64,000 nucleotides of DNA, taken from Eledone cirrhosa (taxonomy: Eukaryota). Below are positions 1-12,300 of this stretch, piece after piece. Below the pieces are notes generated by a model that saw nothing but the letters and a program-made list of their open reading frames with translations, was not told the DNA's origin and made no database searches. The stretch's first letter is position 1; each line of letters starts with the position of its first letter. The translations under genes were made by a program, and so were the position numbers. Where the stretch lies: assembly GCA_964016885.1 (NCBI GenBank), contig OZ024744.1, positions 6,758,001 through 6,822,000 on the forward strand. Direction: 5' to 3'.

Positions 1-3000
1 CACTGAGGTAGGTGTGGTGCAGTAACGGTTATGTCTACGGCAGTATTGCACTGATGTAGGTGTGGTGCAGTAACGGTTATGTCTACTGCAGTATTGCACT
101 GAGGTAGGTGTGGTGCAGTAACGGTTATGTCTACTGCAATATTGCACTGATGTAGGTGTGGTGCAGTAACGGTTATGTCTACTGCAGTATTGCACTGATG
201 TAGGTGTGGTGCAGTAACAGTTATGTCTACTGCAGTATTGCACTGAGGTAGGTGTGGTGCAGTATCGGTTATGTCTACTGCAGTATTGCACTGATGTAGG
301 TGTGGTGCAGTACCGGTTATGTCTACTGAAGTATTGCACTGATGTAGGTGTGGTGCAGTAACGGTTTTTTCTACTGCAGTATTGCACTGATGTAGGTGTG
401 GTGTCGTAACGGTTATGTTTACTGCAGTATTGCACTGATGTAGGTGTGGTGCAGTAATGGCTATGTCTCTTGTAGTATTGCACTGAGTTAGGTGTGGTGC
501 AGTAATGGTATGTCTACTGCAGTATTGCACTGATATAGGTGTGGTGCAGTAACGGTTATGTCTACTGCAGTATTGCACTGATGTAGGTGTGGTGCAGTAA
601 CGGTTATGTCTACTGCAGTATGGCACTGATGTAGGGGTGGTGCAGTACGGTTAAATCTACTGCAGTATTGCACTGATGTAGGTGTGGTGCAGTAGCGGTT
701 ATTTCTACTGCAGTATTGCACTGATGTAGATGTGGTGCACTAACGGTTATATATACTGCAGTATTGCACTGAGGTAGTTGTGGTGCAGTAACGGTTATGT
801 CTACTGCAATATTGCACTAGGTAGGTGTGGTGCAGTAACGATTATGTCTACTGCATTATTGCACTGATGTAGGTGTGGTGCAGTAACAGTTATGTCTACT
901 GCAGTATTGCACTGAGGTAGGTGTGGTGCAGTATCGGTTATGTCTACTGCAGTATTGCACTGATGTAGGTGTGGTGCAGTACCAGTTATGTCTACTGAAG
1001 TATTGCACTGATGTAGGTGTGGTGGCGTAACGGTTATGTCTACTGCAGTATTGCACTGAGGTAAATGTGGTGCAGTAACGGTTATGTCTACTGCATTATT
1101 GCACTGATGTAGGTGAGGTGCAGTAACGGTTATGTCTACTGCAGTATTGCACTTAGGTAGGTGTGGTGCAGTAACAGTTATGTCTACTGCAGTATTGCAC
1201 TTAGATTGGTGTGGTGCAGTAACGGTTATGTCTACTGCAGTATTGCACTGATGTAGGTGTGGTGCAGTAACGGATATTTCTACTGCAGTATTGCACTTAG
1301 GTAGGTGTGGTACAGTAACGGTTATGTCTACTGCAGTATTGCACTGATGTAGGTGTGGTGCAGTAACGGTTATGTCTACTGCAGTATTGCACTGATGTAG
1401 GTGTGGTGCAGTAACGGTTATGTCTACTGCAGTATTGCACTTAGGTAGGTGTGGTGCAGTAACGGTTATGTCTACTGCAATATTGCACTGAGGTACGTGT
1501 GGTGCAGTAACGGTTATGTCTACTGCAGTATTGCACTGATGTAGGTGTGGTGCAGTAACGGTTATGATACTGCAGTATTGCACTGATGTAGGTGTGGTGC
1601 AGTAACGGTTATGTCTACTGCAGTATTGCACTGAGGTAGGTGTGGTGCAGTAACGATTATGTCGACTGCAGTATTGCACTGAGGTAGGTGTGGTGCAGTA
1701 ACAGTTATTTCTACTGCAGTATTCCACTGAGGTAGGTGTGGTGCAGTAACGGTTATGTCTACTGAAGTATTGCACTGATGTAGGTGTGGTGCAGTAACGG
1801 TTATGTCTATTGCAGTATTGCACTGAGGTAGGTGTGGTGCAGTAACGGTTATGTCTACTGCAATATTGCACTGATGTAGGTGTGGTGCAGTAACGGATAT
1901 GTCTACTGCAGTATTGCACTGATGTAGGTGTGGTGCATTAACGGTTATGTCTACTGCAGTATTGCACTGATGTAGGTGTGGTGCAGTAACAGTTATGTCT
2001 ACTGCAGTATTGCACTGAGGTTGTTGTGGTGCAGTATCGGTTTTGTCTACTGCAGTATTGCACTGATGTAGGTGTGGTGCAGTACCAGTTATGTCTACTG
2101 AAGTATTGCACTGAGGTAGGTGTGGTGCAGTAACGATTATGTCGACTGCAGTATTGCACTGATGTAGGTGTGGTGCAGTAACGGTTATGTATACTGCAGT
2201 ATTGAACTGATGTAGGTGTGGTGCAATAACGGTTATGTCTACTGCAGTATTGCACTGTTGTAGGTATGGTGCAGTAACGGTTATGTCTACTGTAGTATTG
2301 CACTGATGTAGGTGTGGTGCAGTAACGCTTATGTCTACTGCAGTATTGCACTGAGGTAAATGTGGTACAGTAACGGTTATTTCTACTGCAGTATTGCACT
2401 GATGTAGATGTGGTGCAGTAACGGTTATGTCTACTGTAGTATTGCACTGATGTAGGTGTGGTGCAGTAACAGTTATGTCTACTGCAGTATTGCACTAATG
2501 TAGGTGTGGTGCTGTAAAGTTTATGTCTATTGCAGTATTGCACTGATGTAGGTGTGGTGCAGTAACGGTTATGTCTACTTCATTATTGCACTGATGTAGA
2601 TGTGGTGCAGTAACGGTTATGTCTACTGCAGTATTGCACTGATGTAGGTGTGGTACAGTAACGGTTATTTCTACTGCAGTATTGCACTGATGTAGATGTG
2701 GTGCAGTAACGGTTATGTCTACTGTAGTATTGCACTGAGTTAGGTGTGGTGCAGTAACGGTTATGTCTACTGCAGTATTGCACAGATGTAGGTGTGGTAC
2801 AGTAACGGTTATTTCTACTGCAGTATTGCACTGATGTAGATGTGGTGAAGTAACGGTTATGTCTACTGTAGTATTGCACTGATGTAGATGTGGTGCAGTA
2901 ACGGTTATGTCTACTGCAGTATTGCACTGATGTAGGTGTGGTACAGTAACGGTTATTTCTACTGCAGTATTGCACTGATGTAGGTGTGGTGCAGTAACGG

Positions 3001-6000
3001 TTATGTCTACTGCAGTATTGCACTGAGGTAGGTATGGTGCAGTAACGGTTATGTCTACTGCAATATTGCACTGATGTAGGTGTGGTGCAGTAACGGTTAT
3101 GTCTACTGCAGTATTGCACTGATGAAGGTGTGGTGCAGTAACAGTTATGTCTACTGCAGTATTGCACTGAGGTAGGTGTGGTGCAGTATCGGTTATGTCT
3201 ACTGCAGTATTGCACTGATGTAGGTGTGGTGCAGTACCGGTTATGTCTACTGAAGTATTGCACTGATGTAGGTGTGGTGCAGTAACGGTTTTTTCTACTG
3301 CAGTATTGCACTGATGCAGGTGTGGTGCCGTAAAGGTTATGTCTCTTGCAGTATTGCACTGAGGTAGGTGTGGTGCAGTAATGGTATGTCTACTGCAGTA
3401 TTGCACTGATATAGGTGTGGTGCAGTAACGGTTATGTCTACTGCAGTATTGCACTGATGTAGGTGTGGTGCAGTAACGGTTATGTCTACTGCAGTATGGC
3501 ACTGATGTAGGTGTGGTGCAGTAACGGTTATGTCTACTGCAGTATTGCAATGATGTAGGTGTGGTGCAGTAAGGTTAAATCTACTGCAGTATTGCACTGA
3601 TGTAGGTGTGGTGCAGTAGCGGTTATTTCTACTGCAGTATTGCACTGATGTAGATGTGGTGCACTAACGGTTATATATACTGCAGTATTGCACTGAGGTA
3701 GTTGTGGTGCAGTAACGGTTATGTCTACTGCAATATTGCACTAGGTAGGTGTGGTGCAGTAACGATTATGTCTACTGCAGTATTGCACTGATGTAGGTGT
3801 GGTGCAGAAACAGTTATGTCTACTGCAGTATTGCACTGATGTAGGTGTGGTGCAGTAACGGTTATGTCTACTGCAGTATTGCACTGATGTACGTGTGGTG
3901 CAGTGACGGTTATGTCTATTGCAGTATTGCACTGAGGTAGGTGTGGTGCAGTAACGGTTATTTCTACTGCAGTATTGCACTGATTTAGTTGTGGTGCAGT
4001 AACGGTTATGTCTACTGCAGTATTGCACTGAGGTAAATGTGGTGCAGTAACGGTTATGTCTACTGCATTATTGCACTGATGTAGGTGTGGTGCAGTAACG
4101 GTTATGTCTACTTCAGTATTGTACTTAGGTAGGTGTGGTGCAGTAACAGTTATGTCTACTGCAGTATTGCACTTAGGTAGGGGTGGTGCAGTAACGGTTA
4201 TGTCTACTGCAGTATTGCACTGATGTAGGTGTGGTGCAGTAACGGATATTTCTACTGCAGTATTGCACTTAGGTAGGTGTGGTGCAGTAACGGTTATGTC
4301 TACTGCAGTATTGCACTGATGTAGGTGTGGTGCAGTAACGGTTATGTTTACTGCAGTATTGCACTGATGTAGGTGTGGTGCAGTAACGGTTATGTCTACT
4401 GCAGTATTGCACTTAGGTAGGTGTGGTGCAGTAACGGTTATGTCTACTGCAATATTGCACTGGGGTAGGTGTGGTGCAGTAACGGTTATGTCTACTGCAG
4501 TATTGCACTGATGTAGGTGTGGTGCAGTAACGGTTATGATACTGCAGTATTGCACTGATGTAGGTGTGGTGCAGTAACGGTTATGTCTACTGCAGTATTG
4601 CACTGAGGTAGGTGTGGTGCAGTAACGATTATGTCGACTGCAGTATTGCACTGAGGTAGGTGTGGTGCAGTAACAGTTATTTCTACTGCAGTATTGCACT
4701 GATGTAGGTGTGGTGCAGTAACGGTTATGTCTACTGCAGTATTGCACTGATGTAGGTGTGGTGCAGTAACGGTTATGTCTACTGCAGTATTGCACTGATG
4801 TAGGTGTGGTGCAGTAACAGTTATGTCTACTGCAGTATTGCACTGAGGTAGGTGTGGTGCAGTATCGGTTATGTCTACTGCAGTATTGCACTGATGTAGG
4901 TGTGCTGCAGTAACGGTTATGTCTACTGCAGTATTGCACTGAGGTAAATGTGGTGCAGTAACGGTTATGTCTACTGCATTATTGCACTGATGTAGGTGTG
5001 GTGCAGTAACGGTTATGTCTACTGCAGTATTGTACTTAGGTAGGTCTGGTGCAGTAACAGTTATGTCTACTGCAGTATTGCACTTAGGTAGGTGTGGTGC
5101 AGTAACGGGTATGTCTACTGCAGTATTGCACTGATGTAGGTATGGTGCAGTAACGGTTATGTCTACTGCATTATTGCACTGATGTAGGTGTGGTGCAGTA
5201 ACGGTTATGTCTACTGCAGTATTGTACTTAGGTAGGTGTGGTGCAGTAACGGTTATGTCTACTGCAGTATTGCACTGATGTAGGTGTGGTGCAGTAACGG
5301 TTATGTCTACTGCAGTATTGCACTGATGTAGGTGTGGTGCAGTAACGGTTATGTCTACTGCAGTATTGCACTTAGGTAGGTGTGGTGCAGTAACGGTTAT
5401 GTCTACTGCAGTATTGCACTGATGTAGGTGTGGTGCAGTAACGGATATTTCTACTGCAGTATTGCACTTAGGTAGGTGTGGTGCAGTAACGGTTATGTCT
5501 ACTGCAGTATTGCACTGATGTAGGTGTGGTGCAGTAACGGTTATGTCTACTGCAGTATTGCACTGATGTAGGTGTGGTGCAGTAACGGTTATCTCTACTG
5601 CAGTATTGCACTTAGGTAGGTGTGGTGCAGTAACGGTTATGTCTACTGCAATATTGCACTGGGGTAGGTGTGGTGCAGTAACGGTTATGTCTACTGCAGT
5701 ATTGCACTGATGTAGGTGTGGTGCAGTAACGGTTATGATACTGCAGTAGTGCACTGATGTATGTGTGGTGCAGTAACGGTTATGTCTACTGCAGTATTGC
5801 ACTGAGGTAGGTGTGGTGCAGTAACGATTATGTCGACTGCAGTATTGCACTGAGGTAGGTGTGGTGCAGTAACAGTTATTTCTACTGCAGTATTGCACTG
5901 ATGTAGGTGTGGTGCAGTAACGGTTATGATACTGCAGTATTGAACTGATGTATGTGTGGTGCAGTAACGGTTATGTCTACTGCAGTATTGCACTGAGGTA

Positions 6001-6329
6001 GGTGTGGTGCAGTAACGATTATGTCGACTGCAGTATTGCACTGAGGTAGGTGTGGTGCAGTAACAGTTATTTCTACTGCAGTATTGCACTGATGTAGGTG
6101 TGGTGCAGTAACGGTTATGTCTACTGCAGTATTGCACTGATGTAAATGTGGTGCAGTAACGGTTATGTCTACTGCAGTATTGCACTGATGTAGGTGTGGT
6201 GCAGTAACAGTTATGTCTACTGCAGTATTGCACTGAGGTAGGTGTGGTGCAGTATCGGTTATGTCTACTGCAGTATTGCACTGATGTAGGTGTGGTGCAG
6301 TAACGGTTATGTCTACTGCAGTATTGCAC

Positions 6330-9300
6330 TGAGGTAAATGTGGTGCAGTAACGGTTATGTCTACTGCATTATTGCACTGATGTAGGTGTGGTGCATTAAC
6401 GGTTATGTCTACTGCAGTATTGTACTTAGATAGGTGTGGTGCAGTATCGGTTATGTCTACTGCAGTATTGCACTGATGTAGGTGTGGTGCAGTACCGGTT
6501 ATGTCTACTGAAGTATTGCACTGATGTAGGTGTGGTGCAGTAACGGTTTTTTCTACTGCAGTATTGCACTGATATAGGTGTGGTGCCGTAACGGTTATGT
6601 CTACTGCAGTATTGCACTGATGTAGGTGTGGTGCAGTAACGGTTATGTCTACTGCAGTATGGCACTGATGTAGGTGTGGTGCAGTAACGGTTATGTCTAC
6701 TGCAGTATTGCAATGATGTAGGTGTGGTGCAGTACGGTTAAATCTACTGCAGTATTGCACTGATGTAGGTGTGGTGCAGTAGCGGTTATTTCTACTGCAG
6801 TATTGCACTGATGTAGATGTGGTGCACTAACGGTTATATATACTGCAGTATTGCACTGAGGTAGTTGTGGTGCAGTAACGGTTATGTCTACTGCAATATT
6901 GCACTAGGTAGGTGTGGTGCAGTAACGATTATGTCTACTGCAGTATTGCACTGATGTAGGTGTGGTGCAGTAACAGTTATGGCTACTGCAGTATTGCACT
7001 GATGTAGGTGTGGTGCAGTAACGGTTATGTCTAATGCAGTATTGCACTGATGTACGTGTGGTGCAGTGACGGTTATGTCTATTGCATTATTGCACTGAGG
7101 TAGGTGTGGTGCAGTAACGGTTATTTCTACTGCAGTATTGCACTGATGTAGTTGTGGTGCAGTAACGGTTATGTCTACTGCATTATTGCACTGAGGTAAA
7201 TGTGGTGCAGTAACGGTTATGTCTACTGCATGATTGCTCTGATGTAGGTGTGGTGCAGTAACGGTTATGTCTACTGCAGTATTGTACTTAGGTAGGTTTG
7301 GTGCAGTAACAGTTATGTCTACTGCAGCATTGCACTTAGGTAGGTGTGGTGCAGTAACGGTTATGTCTACTGCAGTATTGCACTGATGTAGGTGTGGTGC
7401 AGTAACGGATATTTCTACTGCAGTATTGCACTTAGGTAGGTGTGGTGCAGTAACGGTTCTGTCTACTGCAGTATTGCACTGGTGTAGGTGTGGTGCAGTA
7501 ACGGTTATGTCTACTGCAGTATTGCACTGATGTAGGTGTGGTGCAGTAACGGTTATGTCTACTGCAGTATTGCACTTAGGTAGGTGTGGTGCAGTAACGG
7601 TTATGTCTACTGCAATATTGCGCTGAGGTAGGTGTGGTGCAGTAACGGTTATGTCTACTGCAGTATTGCACTGATGTAGGTGTGGTGCAGTAACGGTTAT
7701 GATACTGCAGTATTGCACTGATGTAGGTGTGGTGCAGTAACGGTTATGTCTACTGCAGTATTGCACTGAGGTAGGTGTGGTGCAGTAACGATTATGTCGA
7801 CTGCAGTATTGCACTGAGGTAGGTGTGGTGCAGTAACAGTTATTTCTACTGCAGTATTCCACTGAGGTAGGTGTGGTGCAGCAACGGTTATATCTACTGA
7901 AGTATTGCACTGATGTAGGTGTGGTGCAGTACCAATTATGTCTACTGAAGTATTGCACTGATGTAGGTGTGGTGCAGTAACGGTTATTTCTACTGCAGTA
8001 TTGCACTGATGTAGGTGTGGTGCCGTAACGGTTATGTCTACTGCAGTATTGCTCTGAGGTAGGTGTGGTGCAGTAACGATTATGTCGACTGCAGTATTGC
8101 ACTGATGTAGGTGTGGTGCAGTAACGGTTATATCTACTGCAGTATTGCACTGATGTAGGTGTGGTGCAGTAACGGTAATGTCCACTGCAGTATTGCACTG
8201 ATGTAGGTGTTGTGCAGAAGAGGTTATGTCTACTGCAGTATTGCACTGATGTAGGTATGGTGCAGTAACGGTTATGTCTACTGTAGTATTGCACTGATGT
8301 AGGTGTGATGCAGTAACGGATATGTCTACTGCAGTATTGCACTGAGATAGGTGTGGTTCAGTAACGGTTATGTCTACTGCAGTATTTCACTGATTTATGT
8401 GTGGTGCAGTAACCGTTAAGTCTACTGCAGTATTGCACTGAAGTAAGTGTGGTGCAGTAACGGTTATGTCTACTGCAGTATTGCACTGATGTAGGTGTGG
8501 TGCAGTAACAGTTATGTCTTCTGCAGTATTGCACTAATGTAGGTGTGGTGCTGTAAAGGTTATGTCTATTGCAGTATTGCACTGATGTAGGTGTGGTGCA
8601 GTAACGGTTATGTCTACTGCATTATTGCACTGATGTAGATGTGGTGCAGTAACGGTTATGTCTACTGCAGTATTGCACTGATGTAGGTGTGGTACAGTAA
8701 CGGTTATTTCTACTGCAGTATTTCACTGATGTAGATGTGGTGCAGTAACGTTTATGTCTACTGTAGTATTGCACTGAGGTAGGTGTGGTGCAGGAACGGT
8801 TATGTCTACTGCTGTATTGCACTGAGGTAGGTGTCGTGCAGTAACGTTTATGTCTACTGCAGTATTCCACTGAGGTAGGTGTGGTGCAGTAACAGTTATG
8901 TCTACTGCAGTATTGCACTGATGTAGGTGTGGTGCAGTTACGGTTATTTCTACTGCAGTATTGCAATGATGTAGGTGTGACGCAGTAACTGTTATGTCTA
9001 CTGCAGTATTGCACTGAGGTAGGTGTGGTGCAGTAACGGTTTTGTCTACTGCAGCATTGCACTGATGTAGGTGTGGTGCAGTAACGGTTATGTCTACTGC
9101 AGTATTGCACTGATGTAGGTGTGGTGCAGTAACGATTATGTCTACTGTAGTATTGCACTGATGTAGGTATGGTGTAGTACCGGTTATGGCTACTGCAGTA
9201 TTGCACTGATGTAGGTGTGGTGTAGTAACGGTTATTTCTACTGCAGTATTGCACTGATGTAGGAGTGGTGCAGTATCGGTTATGTCTACTGCAGTATTGC

Positions 9301-12300
9301 ACTGAGGTAGGTGTGGTGCGTAACGGTTATGTCTACTGCATTATTGCACTGAGGTAGGTGTGGTGCACTAACGGGTATGTTACTGCAGTATTGCACTGAT
9401 GTATGTGTTGTGCAGTAACGGTTATTTCGACTGCAGTATTGCACTGATGTAGGTGTGGTGTAGTAACGGTTATGTCTACTGCAGTATTGCATTGAGGTAG
9501 CTGTGGTGCAGTAACGGTTATTGCTACTGCAGTATTGCACTGAAGTAGGTGTGGTGCAGTAACGGTTATGTGTACTGCAGTATTGCACTGATGTAGGTGT
9601 GGTGCAGTAACGGTTACTTCTACTGCAGTATTGCACTGATGTAGGTGTGGTGCAGTAACGATTATGTCTACTGCAGTATTGCACTGAGGTAGGTGTGGTG
9701 CAGTACCGGTTATGTCTACTGCAGTATTGCACTGATGTTGGTGTGATGCAGTAACGGTTATGTCTACTGCAGTATTGCACTGACTTAGGTGTGGTGCAGT
9801 AACGGTTATGTCTACTGCAGTATTGCACTGAGTTAGATGTGGTGCAGTAACGGTTATGTCTACTGCAGTATTGCACTGAGGTAGGTGTGGTACAGTAACG
9901 GTTATGTCTACTGCAGTATTGCACTGAGTTAGGTGTGTTGCAGTAACGGTTATGTCTACTGCTGTATTGTACTGATGTAGGTGTGGTGCAGTAACGATTA
10001 TGTCTACTGCGGTATTGCACTGAGGTAGGTGTGGTGCAGTACCGGTTATGTCTACTGCAGTATTGCACTGATGTAGGTGTGGTGCAGTAACGGTTACTTC
10101 TACTGCAGTATTGCACTAAGTTATGTGTGGTGCAGTATCGGCTATGTCTACTGCAGTATTGCACTGAGGTAGGTGAGGTGCAGTAATGGTTATGTCTACA
10201 TCAGTATTGCACTGAGGTAGGTGTGGTGCAGTAACGGTTATGTCTACTCCAGATTTGCACTGATGTAGGTGTGGTGCAGTAACGGGTATGTCTACTGCAG
10301 TATTGCACTGATGTAGGTGTGGTGCAGTAACAGTTATTTCTACTGCAGTATTGCACTGATGTAGGTGTGGTGCCGTAACGGTTATGTCTACTGTAGTATT
10401 GCACTGAGGTAGGTGTGGTGCAGTAACCGTTAAGTCTACTGCAGTATTGCACTGAAGTAAGTGTGGTGCAGTAACGGTTATGTCTACTGCAGTATTGCAC
10501 TGAAGTAAGTGTGGTGCAGTAACGGTTATGTCTACTGCAGTATTGCACAGAGGTAATTGTGGTGCAGTAACGGTTATTTATACTGCAGTATTGCACTGAT
10601 GTAGGTGTGGTGCAGTAACGCTTATATCTACTGCGGTATTGCACTGAGGTAGGTGTTTTGCAGTAACGGTTATGTCTACTGCAGTATTGCACTGAGGTAA
10701 TTGTGGTGCAGTAACGGTTATTTATACTGCAGTATTGCACTGATGTAGGTGTGGTGCAGTAACGGTTATATCTACTGCAGTATTGCACTGATGTAGGTGT
10801 GGTGCAGTAACGGTTATATCTACTGCAGTATTGCACTGAGGTAGGTGTCGTGCAGTAACGGTTATGTCTACTGCAGTATTGCACTGAGGTAATTGTGGTG
10901 CAGTAACGGTTATTTATACTGCAGTATTGCACTGATGTAGGTGTGGTGCAGTAACGGTTATATCTACTGCGGTATTGCACTGATGTAGGTGTGGTGCAGT
11001 AACGGTTATGTCTACTGCAGTATTGCATTGATGTAGGTGTGGTGCAGTATCGGTTTATGTCTACTGCAGTATTGCACTGAGGTAGGGGTGGTGCAGTAAC
11101 ATTTATGTCTACTGCAGTATTCCACTGAGTTAGGTGTGGTGCAGTAACAGTTATGTCTACTGCAGTATTGCACTAATGTAGGTGCGGTGCAGTAACGGTT
11201 ATGTCTACTGCAGTATTGCACTGATGTAGGTGTGGTGCAGTAACGGTTATGTCTACTGCAGTATTGCACTGAGATAGGTGTGGTGCAGTAACGGTTATGT
11301 CTACTGCAGTATTGCACTGATGTAGGTGTGGGGCAGTAACGGTTATGTCTATTGCAGTATTGCACTGTTGTAGGTGTGGTGCAGTAACGGTTATGTCTAC
11401 TGTAGTATTGCACTGATGTAGGTATGGTGCAGTAACGGTTATGTCTACTGCAGTATTGCACTGAGGTAGGTGTGGTGCGTAACGGTTATGTCTACTGCAT
11501 TTTTGCACTGAGGTAGGTGAGGTGCAGTAACGGGTATGTCTACTGCAGTATTGCACTGAGGTAATTGTGGTGCAGTAACGGTTATTTATACTGCAGTATT
11601 GCACTGATGTAGGTGTGGTGCAGTAACGGTTATTTCTACTGCAGTATTGCACTGAGGTAAGTGTGGTGCAGTAACGGTTATGTCTACTACAGTATTGCAC
11701 TGAGCTAGGTGTGGTGCAGTAACGGTTATGTCTACTGCAGTATTGCACTGATGAAGGTGTGGTGCAGTAAAGGTTATTTCTACTGCTGTATTGCACTGAG
11801 ATAGGTGTGGTGCAGTAACATTTATGTCTACTGCATTATTGCACTGAGGTAGGTGTGGTGCAGTAACGGGTATGTCTACTGCAGTATTGCACTGATGTAT
11901 GTGTTGTGCAGTAACGGTTATTTCGACTGCAGTATTGCACTGATGTAGGTGTGGTGTAGTAACGGTTATGTCTACTGCAGTATTGCATTGAGGTAGCTGT
12001 GGTGCAGTAACGGTTATTGCTACTGCAGTATTGCACTGAAGTAGGTGTGGTGCAGTAACGGTTATGTGTACTGCAGTATTGCACTGATGTAGGTGTGGTG
12101 CAGTAACGGTTACTTCTACTGCAGTATTGCACTGATGTAGGTGTGGTGCAGTAACGATTATGTCTACTGCAGTATTGCACTGAGGTAGGTGTGGTGCAGT
12201 ACCGGTTATGTCTACTGCAGTATTGCACTGATGTTGGTGTGATGCAGTAACGGTTATGTCTACTGCAGTATTGCACTGACTTAGGTGTGGTGCAGTAACG

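Noticed and set aside
7-22. Telomere-like, Chi-like or G-quadruplex motif (TAGGTGTGGTG; TTAGG in variants)
   Set aside because: There are no tandem TTAGG(G) runs and no exact GCTGGTGG. Only isolated GG doublets occur, too few and too far apart for a convincing quadruplex.
47-53. Metal-response element TGCRCNC
   Set aside because: The consensus is TGCACTG, which fails the final C. Only rare variants (TGCACTC at ~19899 and ~31888) match.
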